A model generated the notes under the pieces. That model saw only the letters and a program-made list of their open reading frames with translations. It had not been told where the DNA came from and made no database searches. 64,000 bases of DNA from Prorocentrum cordatum (Eukaryota). Position 1 is the first letter of the stretch. Each line of letters begins with the position of its first letter. Below are positions 36,401 to 49,105 of the stretch, piece by piece. Position numbers and translations under genes: made by a program. The stretch covers positions 248,001 through 312,000 of the forward strand of contig CAUYUJ010000114.1 of assembly GCA_963575745.1 (NCBI GenBank). The letters run 5' to 3'.

Positions 36401-39203
36401 ACTCCATCCTCAGCCCGCACTGCCTGATGTCTTCATGTATGCGGTTGTGCCAGTACCGTGTGTGCTCAAGTTTTGGCGCCCGTCGTTAGCATCATTGACA
36501 AACCATCGGAATCAGATATTCTCTGGGTCTGGTGGCACCAACATTGCAGAGCATTACGCAGTTGACTACATGCACACAGTGGCGTTGGGTGTGGCTGCAG
36601 AGGCCACGGTTTCAATAGTTTGGGGTGTACTGGCAACGTTGGGGGCATCTTTTTCTACCCAAGCAGTGCAGCACCAGTTCGGTATATCGCGGCTTCAAAC
36701 ACTCTTGACGTCTTTCTATGAGAAGAAGCGACGCGATGGTCACCCAGTTAGCGAGATCTCCCAGCTTGCAGTATCTATGTTCGGGTCCCCAGCTAAGCCC
36801 AAGCTAAAGGCGAAGGCAGCCGAGACGCTTGGACTCTTTGACTTCTGCGTGGAGGCGGTCCTCCCCGTGTGCGCGCACGTGATAGAGCGTGGGCCCGCCA
36901 TCGAGGCGTGTGCGAACGCACTTCGCGATTGGATTGTGTTGTTGAAGGCCGCCCCCGATGTGCCGTCAGACGAGGAGTGCTCCGCGCTGAACATGCACTG
37001 CGCGCGCCACCTCACGTTGCTCGAGACCGCTGGTATACAGCTGAAGCCGAAGCACCACTTGTTTTGGCATTTGTCATCAAGGACAGCCGCTGGGACACAC
37101 CAAATTAGCATCAGCATTGACGATGCATATGATGGTGTTGATGGTGATGGTGATGATGCTGCTGATGATGCTGATGATGATACTACTGATGATACTGATG
37201 ATGATGCGGCTGATGATGATGATGATGGTGATAGTGATGCTGAGGATGCTGATGCTGATGCTGATGATGATGACGATGACGATGGTGATGATGGTGATGA
37301 TGATGATGATGGTGATGATGATGAGTCGGAGGTGTGAGGAGGATGACGAGGAAGCTCGATGATGGCGAGGGCAACGATTGACCCACCCACCCACACCAAA
37401 AGTACGTGTGCCCTGGTGCATAATCTAAACATGGGCGATGAGCGTGTGCCCTGGGGTGCATCTTCTGTGGGTATCCGTTGAATGGGGGCTCCCACTGGCG
37501 GATGATCACGACACCCCCCCCCGTCGCCCATCGGTGGCCTGGCTGGCTACCCGCGGGCATGGAGGGTGACAATGTGTTGTGACTGTCCGTCCCAACCCCC
37601 CGTTCGCGGATACCGTCTAGCCTTCGGCCGTTACTTTCCCGCCCGACCCCACGAGCTGCGTGAGGGGTGCGTCGGAGTGGGCGAGGCTTGGGCCCTCCAG
37701 GGGGCTGGGTGCCCCATGCCTCGGAGTCTTCTGGAGTCGTCGGCCTCTCAGGGCCCAGGCCCCCCCCTGTGTGCCCATAGCCTCGCATGACCCAGGGTCT
37801 CCAAGGCGTTTGAGGTGTCTTGGGGATCTTGGGTGTCTGAAGTGTTTAAAATTTGGCGTGTTCCTCGCCATGTGCGGGATCCGTGGATGGGGTCACGCAA
37901 AGGGGGCGAGCGGTTGTGGTTGTCCGTCCCAACACCTGCTTCGCGGCTCGATCTGCGAGTATCCGTTGAATGGGGGCTCCCACGGGCGGATGATCACGAC
38001 CCCCCTCCACCCCGCGCCCTGGCTGGCTAGCCGCGGGCAGGGATGGGGAAGGGGTTGTGATTGTCCGTCCCAACCCTCCGTTCGCGGATACTGTATAGCC
38101 TGCGGCTGTTCCCCGCCAGACCCCGTGATCCGCTTGAGGGGTGCGTCGGAGTGGGCGAGGCTTGGGCCCTCCAGGGGCCTGGGCGCCCCATGCCTCGGGG
38201 TCTTCTGGGGTCCTCGGCCTCTCAGGGCCAAGGGGTCTCATGTGTGTCCATAGCCTCGCATGACCCAGGTTCTCCAAGGCGTTTGGGGTGTCTTGGTGAT
38301 CTTGGGTGTCTGGGGTGTTTCAGTTTTGGCGTGAACCCCCCCCCCCCTATGCGGGATCCGTGGATGGGGCCATCAAAGGGGGCGAGCGGCTGTGGTTGCC
38401 CGTCCCAGCACATCCGTCGCGGCTCGATATGCGAATATCCGTTGAATGGGGGCTCCCACGGGCGGGTGATCACGACCCCCACCCCTCCCCTCCGTGCTCT
38501 GGCTGGCTAGCCGCTGGCAGGGGTGGGTGGGAAGGGGTTGTGTCTGTCAGTCCCAACCCTCCGTTCGCTGATACTGTCTAGCCTTCGGCTGTTCCCCGCC
38601 AGACCCCGCGATCCGCTTGAGGGGTGTGTCGGAGGGGGCGAGGTTTGCCCCCCCCCCCCCCCCCCCCCCCCCCTCCTCCCCTCCCCCAGGTGCCTGGGCG
38701 CCCCATGCCTCGGGGTCGTCTGGGGCCCTCGGCCTCACATGGCCCAGGGGCTGCAGGGTCTAGCACGGGTCTCCTGTGGGTCCATGGCCTCGCATGGCCC
38801 AGGGTCTCCAATGCGTGTGGGGCGTCTGTAGGATCTTGGGGATCTTGGGTTCCCGCTCTCCCCTCCGCGCATGCGCACACGCACTTGCGCGCCGCGTCAC
38901 CACCCTCACGCGTCCCCGACCTGACCTCACCATATATGTCTCTCGCTCGCTCTCTCTACCCCTCTCTCTCACTCCATATGTATCTGCCTCCGCTCACACA
39001 ATCCTAGCGCCGCGGATCTCTCGTATAGGATCCAGTGGCTGGGGCACCCGCGCCTATACGCCACATGGCGTGACGAGTCGTTGAACTCCCTGCTGTCCAA
39101 TTTAGCCGAGTCTGTTCACCCCTCTAATTTTGAGAGCGGCCTGTTTGTCAGATTGGACGTCCAAGCTGAACTAGGGGTTGGGGCTCATCGATCTCTTGTA
39201 TGA
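33492..39203 (+). CDS. CMC/CACTA-type DDE transposase, 3 exons (33492-34447, 36167-37081, 39029-39203; ~681 aa), apparently intact
   Basis: PIAVFVD (D1), LCYLMCDW (D2), HPCPLC, DYMHTVALGV, KPKHHLFWH and GHPRLYATWRDESLN (E) match the CMC signature C(2)C, (M/L)H, H(3-4)H. Introns are GC-AG (34448-36166) and GA-AG (37082-39028), both phase 2 with AG|G. The 2046 nt end in TGA. Confidence 0.82.
37440..38850. repeat. ~480-bp tandem repeat, about 3 diverged copies, in transposase intron 2
   Basis: ATCCGTTGAATGGGGGCTCCCAC recurs at ~37473, ~37961 and ~38437. Confidence 0.85.
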
Positions 39204-39599
39204 CGTGGTCGTGTACTGTGACATGTGCCAGCGAGCAGCGCATGCACATCACATACACAGGCGCGGCGTCGAATCGTGCGGCAGTGGCCCACGCCACCTC
39301 TACATGCCAGTTGAACGGCACCACCCCTCGCATGAAACCAGCAAACGAATCTCGACAGATACCGTTGCCCAATACTTAAACACATTGATGTCTATTCGAT
39401 TGCATGGGGCGTGTTGCTTTGCTAGCGTCGTGTCGCCCCGATAAGGCGTGACGTCGACGACTGCAAGGCCGTGGTCGACGGCATGAGGATGTGACTTGCG
39501 CCAGTTCGGCGACACGACAGGCCATCACGCATTTTGCGCAGCGGTCTGACACTGTTGTTTCACTTGTCCTCTCGTTCACTCAACCACCTTCGCACTTAC

Positions 39600-41079
39600 G
39601 CATGCACTCGCTCACCCACCCACCCCACCCATTCATTCAACCAGCCAATCATTCCGTTACCAACTCACTCATTCACTCATTCTTTCGCTCACCACCCACC
39701 CACCCACCCGTCCAACCACCCACTCACTCACTCATCAAACCACCCGCACACACACACCAACTCACTCACTCACTCACTCACTCGCCCACGCTCTCACCAA
39801 CCCGCACACTCACCCACCAACCCACCCACATTCCCAATCGTTCACTCACTCAATCGCACCTTGCCCCACTCATCTTCACCCGCTGCGCCTCTTCACCCCC
39901 ATAGTCCTCCTCATCCTCATCATCATCATCATCATCATCCTCATCCGCATGTTCATCTCCCATCATCACCATCATTATCATCCTCCTCATCATCCTCCTC
40001 ATATTCCGCATCGTCCTCATCCTCATTATCTGCATCGTCGCCATCCGCATCATCATCAGCACTGTCCGTTCCATTATCATCACCCTCTGATCCTCCTACA
40101 CCTCATCATCCACATACTCAGTCACATCGTCCGATTCCTCCTCCTCATCCCCTCCCCCATCCCCCTTATCATCCTCCCTCCTCCATCTTCCCAATCCCCC
40201 CAACCCCCCCTCCTCGCCCCCCCCCATCATCTTCAACATCCCCATCCTCCTCCTCCTCCTCCTCATCACCCTCGTCATCACCCCCTCCCCTCATCCTCAA
40301 CACCATCCCCATCATCTTCACCAGCATCAGCCTCATTCTCAGTATCCGTTCCATCTCCATCAACCTCCTCATCGTCATCCTCCTCCCCACCCTCATCCTC
40401 CTCACCAGCGCCCCCTCATCCTCATCGTCTTCTCCCTCCTCATCATCACCATGCTCATCCTCGTCCTCATCATCCTCGTCCTCATCATCAGTCGCACCCC
40501 CCTCCCCGTCACAATCGACCATCGATACTCAATCATCCTCATCGCCCACATCCTCCTCACCCTCATCACTCTGCATCGTCGCCCATCGTCATCATCGTCG
40601 TCCTCACAACCCCCTTGCCCCCATGCCCCTCCGTCCCATCCGCTCACCCCGCCCCATTCATCATCCTCGCATACACACCCCCCACATCACCCCTTTCCCT
40701 CTCCGTATGCACATGCGCTGCAGCATCGGCGCGCGGCGCCTGGATGAAGACCTCCGCCGCTGTACGTGCCCAGTCACCGACCGCTGGCTGCTTGAGGCAG
40801 CGTCGGGCGCGGGCACGGAGGGCGGTGATTGTTATGTAATTCGATGATGGATGGGAGGGTATGGCGTGGACGATGGGGCGATGCGGGTGCGACAGCGGAT
40901 GGCGATGGCGGGGCAATGTTTGAGGCTGATGGTGATGAAGGTGAAGAGGAGGACAACGATGAGGATCATGACGGGTAGGATGATGATGTTATTGGCGAGT
41001 GTGATGATGGTAATGATGAGGACGATGATGAGGCCGCGGACGAGGATGATGATGGTGGCGGTGCCGATGATCACGGTAC

Positions 41080-41118
<39 letters not shown>

Positions 41119-41127
41119 CGATGACGC

Positions 41128-41165
<38 letters not shown>

Positions 41166-41772
41166 GTGCGGATGATGCTGATGCCGATGCTCATGATGCT
41201 GAATCTGATGTCAGATATGATTAGGAATGGTGCGAAGGGTTAATTGCGTTGTTGCGGATGGTCAGGGTGATGTGTACGACGATGGCGAGCGCGATCCGAC
41301 AATGTGGGTAATGTGGGTGATTGGGAATATAGTTGGGCGTGCAACAAGGCGATAATTAATGTGAGGGGCGGGGTGCGTTGGATGCCGCGGATGGTAATAG
41401 CATGCGGATGCGGGTGAGGATGATTGCGCCGCGGAGTATCATGATGCGGATGATGAGGGTGTGAATTGCGAAGGGGACGATGAAGGTGATGACCACGGTG
41501 ATGGGGAGGATGATACTGATGGTGGCCAGGGCGAGGATGTGAGTGGCGATGGCGACGATGATGCTGATGTGGAAGATGCGGATGGGGTGGGGTGGGTTTG
41601 GTGGGTGGGGGTTGGGTGGTGGTAATGGTGAGGACGAGGGGGGTGTTGGTGGGGTTGATGATGGTGACACACGTGGGTTGCGGAGGGGGTGTGGATTTGG
41701 GTGATGACGGAGGTGGCGCGGTGAATGATAACGACGAGGCGCGGTTGGGGATGATGATGATGATGCTGCTGC

Positions 41773-41812
<40 letters not shown>

Positions 41813-42320
41813 AATGCGGAAGTGGGATGGTGTTGGGATGGTGATGATGATGATGCTGATGATGATGCTGATCCTGGGGGTGATGTGGCTGATGACGAAA
41901 CTGAGGACGATGAGGAGGATGCGGATGGTGCTGATGACGGGGCGGATTATGATGCTGGTGAGGAGGACGGTCACGATCATGCGGATTATGATGCTGCTGG
42001 TGACGATGTAATTATGATGAGGACGACGATGCGGCAGATGATAAAGATGATGATGTGGATTCGCATGAGTAGCAGTGGGACGATGATGATGCTGCGGGCG
42101 AGGACGAGGCGTATGATGCGGATGCGGATGCGGATGCGGATGCTGCTGATGATGATGATGCTGATGATGATGATGATGATGAGGAGGGGGACGAGTCGCA
42201 TGCGGATGAGGATGATGAGGAGAATGAGTAGGATGAGTAGGATGAGAACGCGGATGAGTAGGATGAATCTGATGCGGATGCTGATGATGAGGATGCTGAG
42301 GACGATGATGATGCCGACGG

Positions 42321-42364
<44 letters not shown>

Positions 42365-42713
42365 GCGATGCTGAGGAGGCGGGGGTGTGACGAGGATGAT
42401 GATGATGGTGAGGACGGGGAGTATGTGGATGATGATGATGAGGAGGAATACGATGATGATGACGACGATGATGAGGACGAGGGTGCTGTTGATGAGGAGG
42501 AGCCGTACGAATATGAGGACGATGAGTATCATGTTGGGGAACATGATGAAGCGTATGACGATGATGAGCAGGATGATGAATGACGAGGAGGAGGAGGAGG
42601 AGGATGAGGATGATGAGGACGAGGGGGGATGGGGATGCAGACGTGGAATATGATGATGATGATGATGATGACGATGATGATGATGATGATGATGATGCTG
42701 ATGATGATGATGC

Positions 42714-42744
<31 letters not shown>

Positions 42745-42770
42745 GATGATGTGGAATGATGGTGATGTGG
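39600..42770. repeat. Low-complexity block: (CACT/CACC)n, (CAT/CCT)n, (GAT)n
   Basis: Directly visible. Confidence 0.9.
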
Positions 42771-43105
42771 GGGGGTCCCCAGTCTCCGCGCACGCCTCAC
42801 CCGCATCCCCCTGCTCGTCGCCTTCACCCCTTCCAGAAGCTGTCGGGCTCGACCCCGCGGCACGGGCCCCTGGGGGAGGGGGGTGAATCGTTCGAGCTCA
42901 GACTCTGACACCGACATGGAGGCGACAAGTCCGTCGGAATCAGTCGTGAATGACACCGATCACCTTTATGACCCGAGGGCGCAATTTCAAAAAACCAACC
43001 TGCCCCCCCCCGCCCCCTCCCCCCAGTCCAACGCTGTCCTTGCACAGTTTTTGCGCCCCTTCATTCTGGTTGGGAGGGGTGGTGCACACGGAAGACATTG
43101 GGGTG

Positions 43106-43195
43106 AATTCGGTGGAACGACCTGCCCCCCACGGAGCGGACGGCATCGCATGTTGGCCGTGTCGCTTCATGGGGGGCAGGTCGTTCCACCGAATT
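43106..43195. repeat. Perfect 26-bp inverted repeat forming a 90-nt hairpin
   Basis: AATTCGGTGGAACGACCTGCCCCCCA (43106-43131) and its exact reverse complement (43170-43195). Confidence 0.9.
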
Positions 43196-44780
43196 GCAGA
43201 GGTCGGTTCTTCCCGCGCACGCCCCTCCGGGCTCCCAGGACGCAGTTCTAGCCGAGGCGCGATCGTTCCGCCACCTCCCGAACACGTGCAAGGCCATGTC
43301 AACATCGGTGGCCGACACGGTCATGCTCAGTCTGTTTCGCAAGGCTCCAGATGGAACCCAATTTCCCGCGTCCGCGAACGAGAGACAAGAAACGACCTAA
43401 CAAGGGGTTGGTCTGGAGGATTGGGGGATGGAAGGAGGGCTATGCATTATAATAAGGACTACGGTGTACGTGGTGCACGGGTAAACGTGAAGACAAAAAC
43501 GACACACGCACACACAACACCAACGACAACACCAACGACAACAACAACAACAACAACACCACAACAACAACAACAACAACAGCAACAGCAATAACAGCAA
43601 CAACACCACCACCACCAACAACAACAATATACACGCGTGTGTTTGCGGACGCGCGGGAATTGGTTTCAATCTACTAGGGATGGGCACAACATGGTCGGTT
43701 TATGCCTACCCGTGAGTCTGTGCCTAGGAGCGGTAGTCTCACCGTGGGATGGCTCCGTCGGATCGGGTACCATGTGTTCCCGCAGCTAGATGCCAGTCTG
43801 TATGCATACTATCACGACACGTTTTTCGCTGCGGCCGCCCCCTCCGACCACGAGAGGGTTGTCCCAGAGTTCACGGACGCAGAGCTGCTCGCCATGATTG
43901 GGTGACGTTTGCGGAAGTAGTAACACGACAAGTGAAAAAGGGATGGGGAGAGACCGACAAACACAATTCGTTGAGTCAGGTGTCTTAAGGATGTTTCAGT
44001 TTTTCGCATGGTCGGCGTCGCGCCCCAAACGGCCCAACATGCCCCCAAGACCGCGACAAGACAGCCCACTTGCAAGATTGATCCCCCGTTCCGCCCCCCT
44101 TCAACAGAAGCGACCCAAAAACTCCCCGCGACTGCCCAAACAACGCGCCCACACGAGTGTCGAAGCATGCCAGAGGGCAACCACAAGGCATGCAAACCAT
44201 TGGCCGAGCCTTCCTCTCAACGATGCGCCCTCCCCAGGCTCCCGAGATGCCCCAATATGCACCCAAACGCTTGAACGAAGTTCCAACAGAATACGACCAC
44301 GCCCTCCCAGAAACATCAAGATATTCCAGGAGGCCCCAGCGATCGATGCTTCCCACGACATCCAAACTAATCCCAATGAGGGGCCGTACGCAAATTGCAA
44401 AATGGCACGTGCCCCCCATCGTTCCTACTCCCCTGATCTTGTAATTATGAGTGCAGCCGCCACCGCCGCACGCAAATCGACGATCCTTTCCTCGTCGCCG
44501 CTCCCTCGGTAGGTCGCGGCCCATCGGCGCACGTCGTCTTGGTCGACATAGATAAACGTTCCTCAGGCCCGTTTGTACACGCACACACACACACACACTC
44601 GCGCACCAGTAAATAATTCCCACGAACATAACTAACGATGTGCGTAACCATGAATATCCGATCTGATCGGCAACCCGTTCGACTTATGACAGCCCCCTGT
44701 GGACGATACACGCACACCGCAATGTAAAATGAGTAGATTTGCGTGTATATCGTATACTGCACATACATTATTATTCTTAT

Positions 44781-44864
44781 GATAGCACTCCAATCCCTAT
44801 GCTAGCACTTCAAGTCTTACATGTAAATCACACGCCTTGCGCTAGCAATCAGGGATCCTCTGGG
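44781..44864 (-). repeat. Right TIR and subterminal repeats
   Basis: CTAGCAATCAGGGATCCTCTGGG ends at 44864; subterminal GATAGCACTCCAAT and GCTAGCACTTCAAGT. Confidence 0.8.
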
Positions 44865-47800
44865 CAGCCTGCCTCTCTGTCCGATCCAGACCCATCCGTG
44901 GCGATCCACCAGCCCTCCGGCGGTGCCGGGTGGGGGCCGTACTGAACATGCATCCAGCGCTCTTCCGTGGTCTGCAGAGCACGCTGGAATTCCAGACGCG
45001 CCGGACAGCGGGGTTTATGATACTGTAGCCGGGTTCCCAGGTATTGCTTACAGTCGAGGCAATAATGCGCCCAAGTGGTCACCAACCCCGGGTCCCGTAT
45101 GGCGTGATGCTCGTCGTAATGAAACCGCAACTGGTTCCCTGCATTGAAGCGCTTCTCGCAGCCCGGTACTGGGCACACGTACCTTCCATCGGCCGCTCCT
45201 GCTGCAGCAGCGCCAACACCCCCTCCCGGAGGAGGGGGAGGGGGAGGAACTGGGGGAGGGGGAGGGGGAGGAAACGGGGGGACGCCCGGAGGGTCATCCG
45301 CAACCAATTCCGGATCGTCGCTGGGCAGGGGCGCTCCAGGGCGCGATTGGTTCACTAGTGCCCGATACTCATTCGTCACTTCGATGGCCGGAAACGCCCG
45401 GTTGACGGCGCGCCTCCAAGCCTGCCGGCTGGTGGCCTTTCTGAACCAGTCGTGTTCGTGGATTCCCATGCGCTGAATCCCACGACCCAACCAAAGGTAC
45501 TGCCAAGAGCACCGGTTGTACTCGTCACATCTACGACCGGCGACCCAACCGAACAACACTTGTTTCGGCACCCTGCAGACAGGCATTCGGGCAACGTGAC
45601 CAAGCCATTGCATGGCTAGGCGAGCGATCTGGTCCTCGATAGTCCTCCAGCGGGAGGCACGATACATTGCGGCGTCAGCAATCGAATGCTCCTCCATGGC
45701 CCACACATCCATCCCGAACGCTCTCCTGACCCCGTAATCGGCCACTCGTTGCAACCTGAGCAGATCCGCCTTGCTCCAGGAGCGTGACCGACAGCCCGAG
45801 AGCAGGGATGTAATGGCACACTGCTGGACCACTGAAAGCCGCGTAGAAATATCGACGCCACTCGTCCTTCTTCGGCCGTGGGCCGTGCCCTGTGACCATC
45901 CTTTGGCGATAGTGCGGATCAACCCTTTGGTGGCAATAACCCGGCGAGCCGTGTCGGCCGTTTGGAGGCCGACTTCATGATGGATCCTTCCAAGGTGCCT
46001 TAGTTGTGAAACCTCATGTTCGCGACGCACATCATATGGTGACCGCTGGTGGCCGCTGATATACAACCGTTCCGTTTTGCCAGCGTTTACCTTTTCCTCC
46101 CAGTCTGACATAGTCGTCCCCAGCAGGGGTTCCGACGTACGCATCTCTGTGGCAAAACCCGCTATCATTGTGTCGTCGGCGAAAGCGACGTCTCCGAGTA
46201 CCATAGCGCGTTGGGAGCTCGATTTCCCTTTCTCCGTGATCTCCTGGTGCCGTTTCCGGGCTTTCTTTTGTAGGTGCCCGTCAATCTCGTACTCCCATGG
46301 AACCCCAGGGGTCAGACCTGACGCTGCCGCCAAGCGCTTGCGTCGGCCCCTGAAGTCTTTCAGCACCGCGTCGTGGAACACGTTGAATAAAGGTGGGCTC
46401 GACGGGCACCCCTCCCGGAGGCCGCGTTTGGGGTACCATCCTTCCGACGTACCGCCCAACACACGCACCTTGCATCCAGTGTGCTCGTGCAGTGCTATGC
46501 ATACTCCTAGCATCCCCGGCGGACATCTTCTCAACTCTAGTAGCCGCCACAAAGCTGGACGGCACACCCGAGGGTATGATTTTTCAATGTCCAGAAAGGA
46601 CAACACTATTGGCGTCCCGTGTCATGGAAGACGCTTCAGACGCTTCCTCGATCAGTCTGCGCGTCACCTGCGAGGCGTCGTCGGTCCCACGTCCTCTCCG
46701 AAAGCCCGATTGCTCCTCGCCCAGGAACTCCTCGGACCACTGGGACACCCGCGAGGCGATAACTCTCGCTAGTAACTTGGACCCAGCGGAGAGAAGCGTT
46801 ATGCCTCTCCAAGTGTTCTTGTCCTTGCGGTTGCCTTTTTTCTTCCACAGCGGCACTACGAGTCCCGTGCGCCATTCTGCCGGCCACCCGGCGGCTTCCT
46901 CCTCCTCCTCCCCTTCTGCGGCCAACGTCCACATTCGTTTCACAGTGGCAAACACGTGCTGCCGGATTTCGTTGCCACCAAACCGGAGGGCTTCAGCGAC
47001 GAAGCCGTCCTCACTCGGTTGTTTGCCCGTTTTCATCTTGGTAACACAACGATCTAGTTCCAGATCCGTTGGGACTGCGTCAAGCCAACTCGCTGTCAAC
47101 GGCGATTTTGGCACTGACTCCCATACCCGGTCAGCCACTCGGCCGACATCGCCGGATATTCTTTCGAAGTGCCGTCGCCATTCGGCTCGTTCCTTGTCAG
47201 TGTCCGCTACGCTGACGCGCCCAAGGGGGCGCCAGCGTCGGCCCGAGCGGAGTTCGTTGAACAGCCTGTAAAGTGACGCTTGGTCCCCTCGGTGAGCGGC
47301 TTCGGACGCCCGCTTCCCGATGTCTTCCCAGCATGTCCGTTCCCAGTTTCTGAGCGTGCGACGGCGGACGCGGGCAGCTTCCCGCTTCGCTTGGAGCGCC
47401 GCGGCTGACGTGGAGGCATCTGACAAAGACCACAAGCCACGAGCCTCCTCCACTTTGGCGTCCAATCTGCGCTTCTCCTGCGCATGCCCCCTCCGCCAGG
47501 GGATCTGGTGCCGAACAGGTCGGGCACCTAACACATCCATCCCTGCAGTTTAGGCCACCTCACAGATCGCCCGCCACGTCGGCGGGCTAGCGCTGGCATC
47601 CCCGAGCAACTCCGTGACCCGGGAAGCAAAACGTTCCCGAAGTTGGTTCGCCGATTCACTAGACCCGACCATGCTCGGGTAGTTCGGCGCATTGCCCGCC
47701 GAGCCAGACCTCGGATTCTGGGCTCCGCGTTTCCACCATGCTCCCCCGAGACGGATGCCGATCTCTGCGGGGTCGTGGTCTGTATATGCCGCCCAGGCGA

Positions 47801-49082
47801 TTGCACCGTCGTCTTTGGTCCGGGGTCCGGCTCTACGCTGCCGCCTCCGCGCCCGCCGGGACACGCCCAGTTCAGGCCCCGACGCAAAATGTAGCGTCCG
47901 ACACGCGTGGGTGTGCCATCGATCCCGAGTACGAGTAAAGAGGTGATCCAATTGGTGGCCCGTCCGAAGACGGGGGTGCCACCACGTGCACGCTTCCCTC
48001 TGTGGGAACGCTGTACTCAGGGCAAAGAGTCCCTTCTCCTTACAATATTCCAGTAATTCCCTCCCGCTGTCAGTGCGGCGAGGCGCCCCATGGGATCCTA
48101 GCACAGCCGTGTCCTCGGGGTCCCTGCAGGGGCCGAGCTCGGCGTTGAAGTCTCCGCCCATGACCCACACGTTGTCGGCGCCTCTGCTGCGCTCTTCTAC
48201 ATGGGAGATCTCCTCATAGAATCGATCGCGAGCACGAGCGTAGCGAGGGCCTGAGCAGGGCGCGTAGCAGGCCACTAGCGTGAGGCCTCTTTGCGCACCC
48301 TGTCTGGGAAACATGGTAGACACACACCTCTTCCCCTTCCGTTCCTCCCCCCCTTTCACCACTACCTGCCCCCCTCCTTTCCTCCATTCTTCCGTGAGTC
48401 GTGGACTCAACGCAATTCCTACCGTTCCTCTGATGACAACCGTCCAAGCTACGCCCTCGTAGTCAAATTCTCTCACTCCGTTGTCAGGGAAACTGAGATC
48501 CGATAGCAGGCAAAAGTCCCAATGTCTGGCAGTCATGAGCGCGAGCAAGCACTCTGTCTTCATGAGTTGTTGCGCTCCGCCTGTGGCCCCCCAGCACCTG
48601 GCGTTCCAGGTGCCGCCTCGGAGGTACGTACACTCCCCCCTGCTCACGGCGCGACGGCGCCGGGAGGCTCTACGGAGCAGGGACAGTCTGCGCATAGCCA
48701 TCGCCCGTCTGTGTTTCCTCCTACGTGCTTTCTTGGCTTTCCTGTGCGCTCTCCTGCGAGCGTTCCTCCGCTGGTTTCTCGTCACATCATCACACGACTG
48801 CATAGGGTCCGTGTTGATGGGCACAGCACCAGAAAACCCACTGGACGAACCAACTCCAACTGCCGGGTCGCCTGGACCATGGGCACCCCCGGCCTGCCCC
48901 CCAGATGGGGCCGAGAGGGACAGAGCCGGAGTTCCAACCGCCCTCTCAGGCATGTTACCCGGGGAGGTTTGAGCAATCCCGCCCCCCAGCCAACCCGATA
49001 GGACCCGTGAGGAGGAGCTCCCGGAGGACCGAACCGAAGACGCAAGCCGAGAGACACCGAGCCCCCCCCGTCCGTCTCCCAA
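44865..49082 (-). pseudogene. LINE ORF (APE-RT-C2H2-RNase H start) with an in-frame TAA at 47550-47552 and a frameshift near 46610
   Basis: ORFs 47550..49082 and 46584..47540 share a frame across a single stop. ORF 44849..46606 continues in a shifted frame and reads into the TIR. Confidence 0.85.
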
Positions 49083-49105
49083 TAGGGGGCGCCCTCTTGT
49101 AGAGG

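Larger units (their letters stand above)
20444..44864 (+). mobile_element. ~24.4-kb TIR DNA transposon of CMC (CACTA/EnSpm-like) type with CCCAG termini
   Basis: Left end CCCAGAGGATCGGCGATTGCTAG matches the reverse complement of the right end CCCAGAGGATCCCTGATTGCTAG at 20/23 (first 11 bp perfect). Both ends share subterminal ACTTG(G/A)AGTGCTAGC motifs. An internal DDE transposase gene is present, and each end truncates a retroelement ORF. Confidence 0.8.

Noticed and set aside
20546..42956. Many long poly-M/H/S/I/D/R ORFs
   Set aside because: They are stop-free by-products of trinucleotide microsatellites, open in several frames and on both strands.
43702..43905. 67-aa ORF MPTRESVPRS... near the right end of the transposon
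   Set aside because: It is short and has no motif, so it is not supportable without conservation data.
20441..44867. Target-site duplication for the large transposon
   Set aside because: The flanks are CAT on the left and CAG on the right, with no exact 2- or 3-bp duplication, and they belong to different elements.
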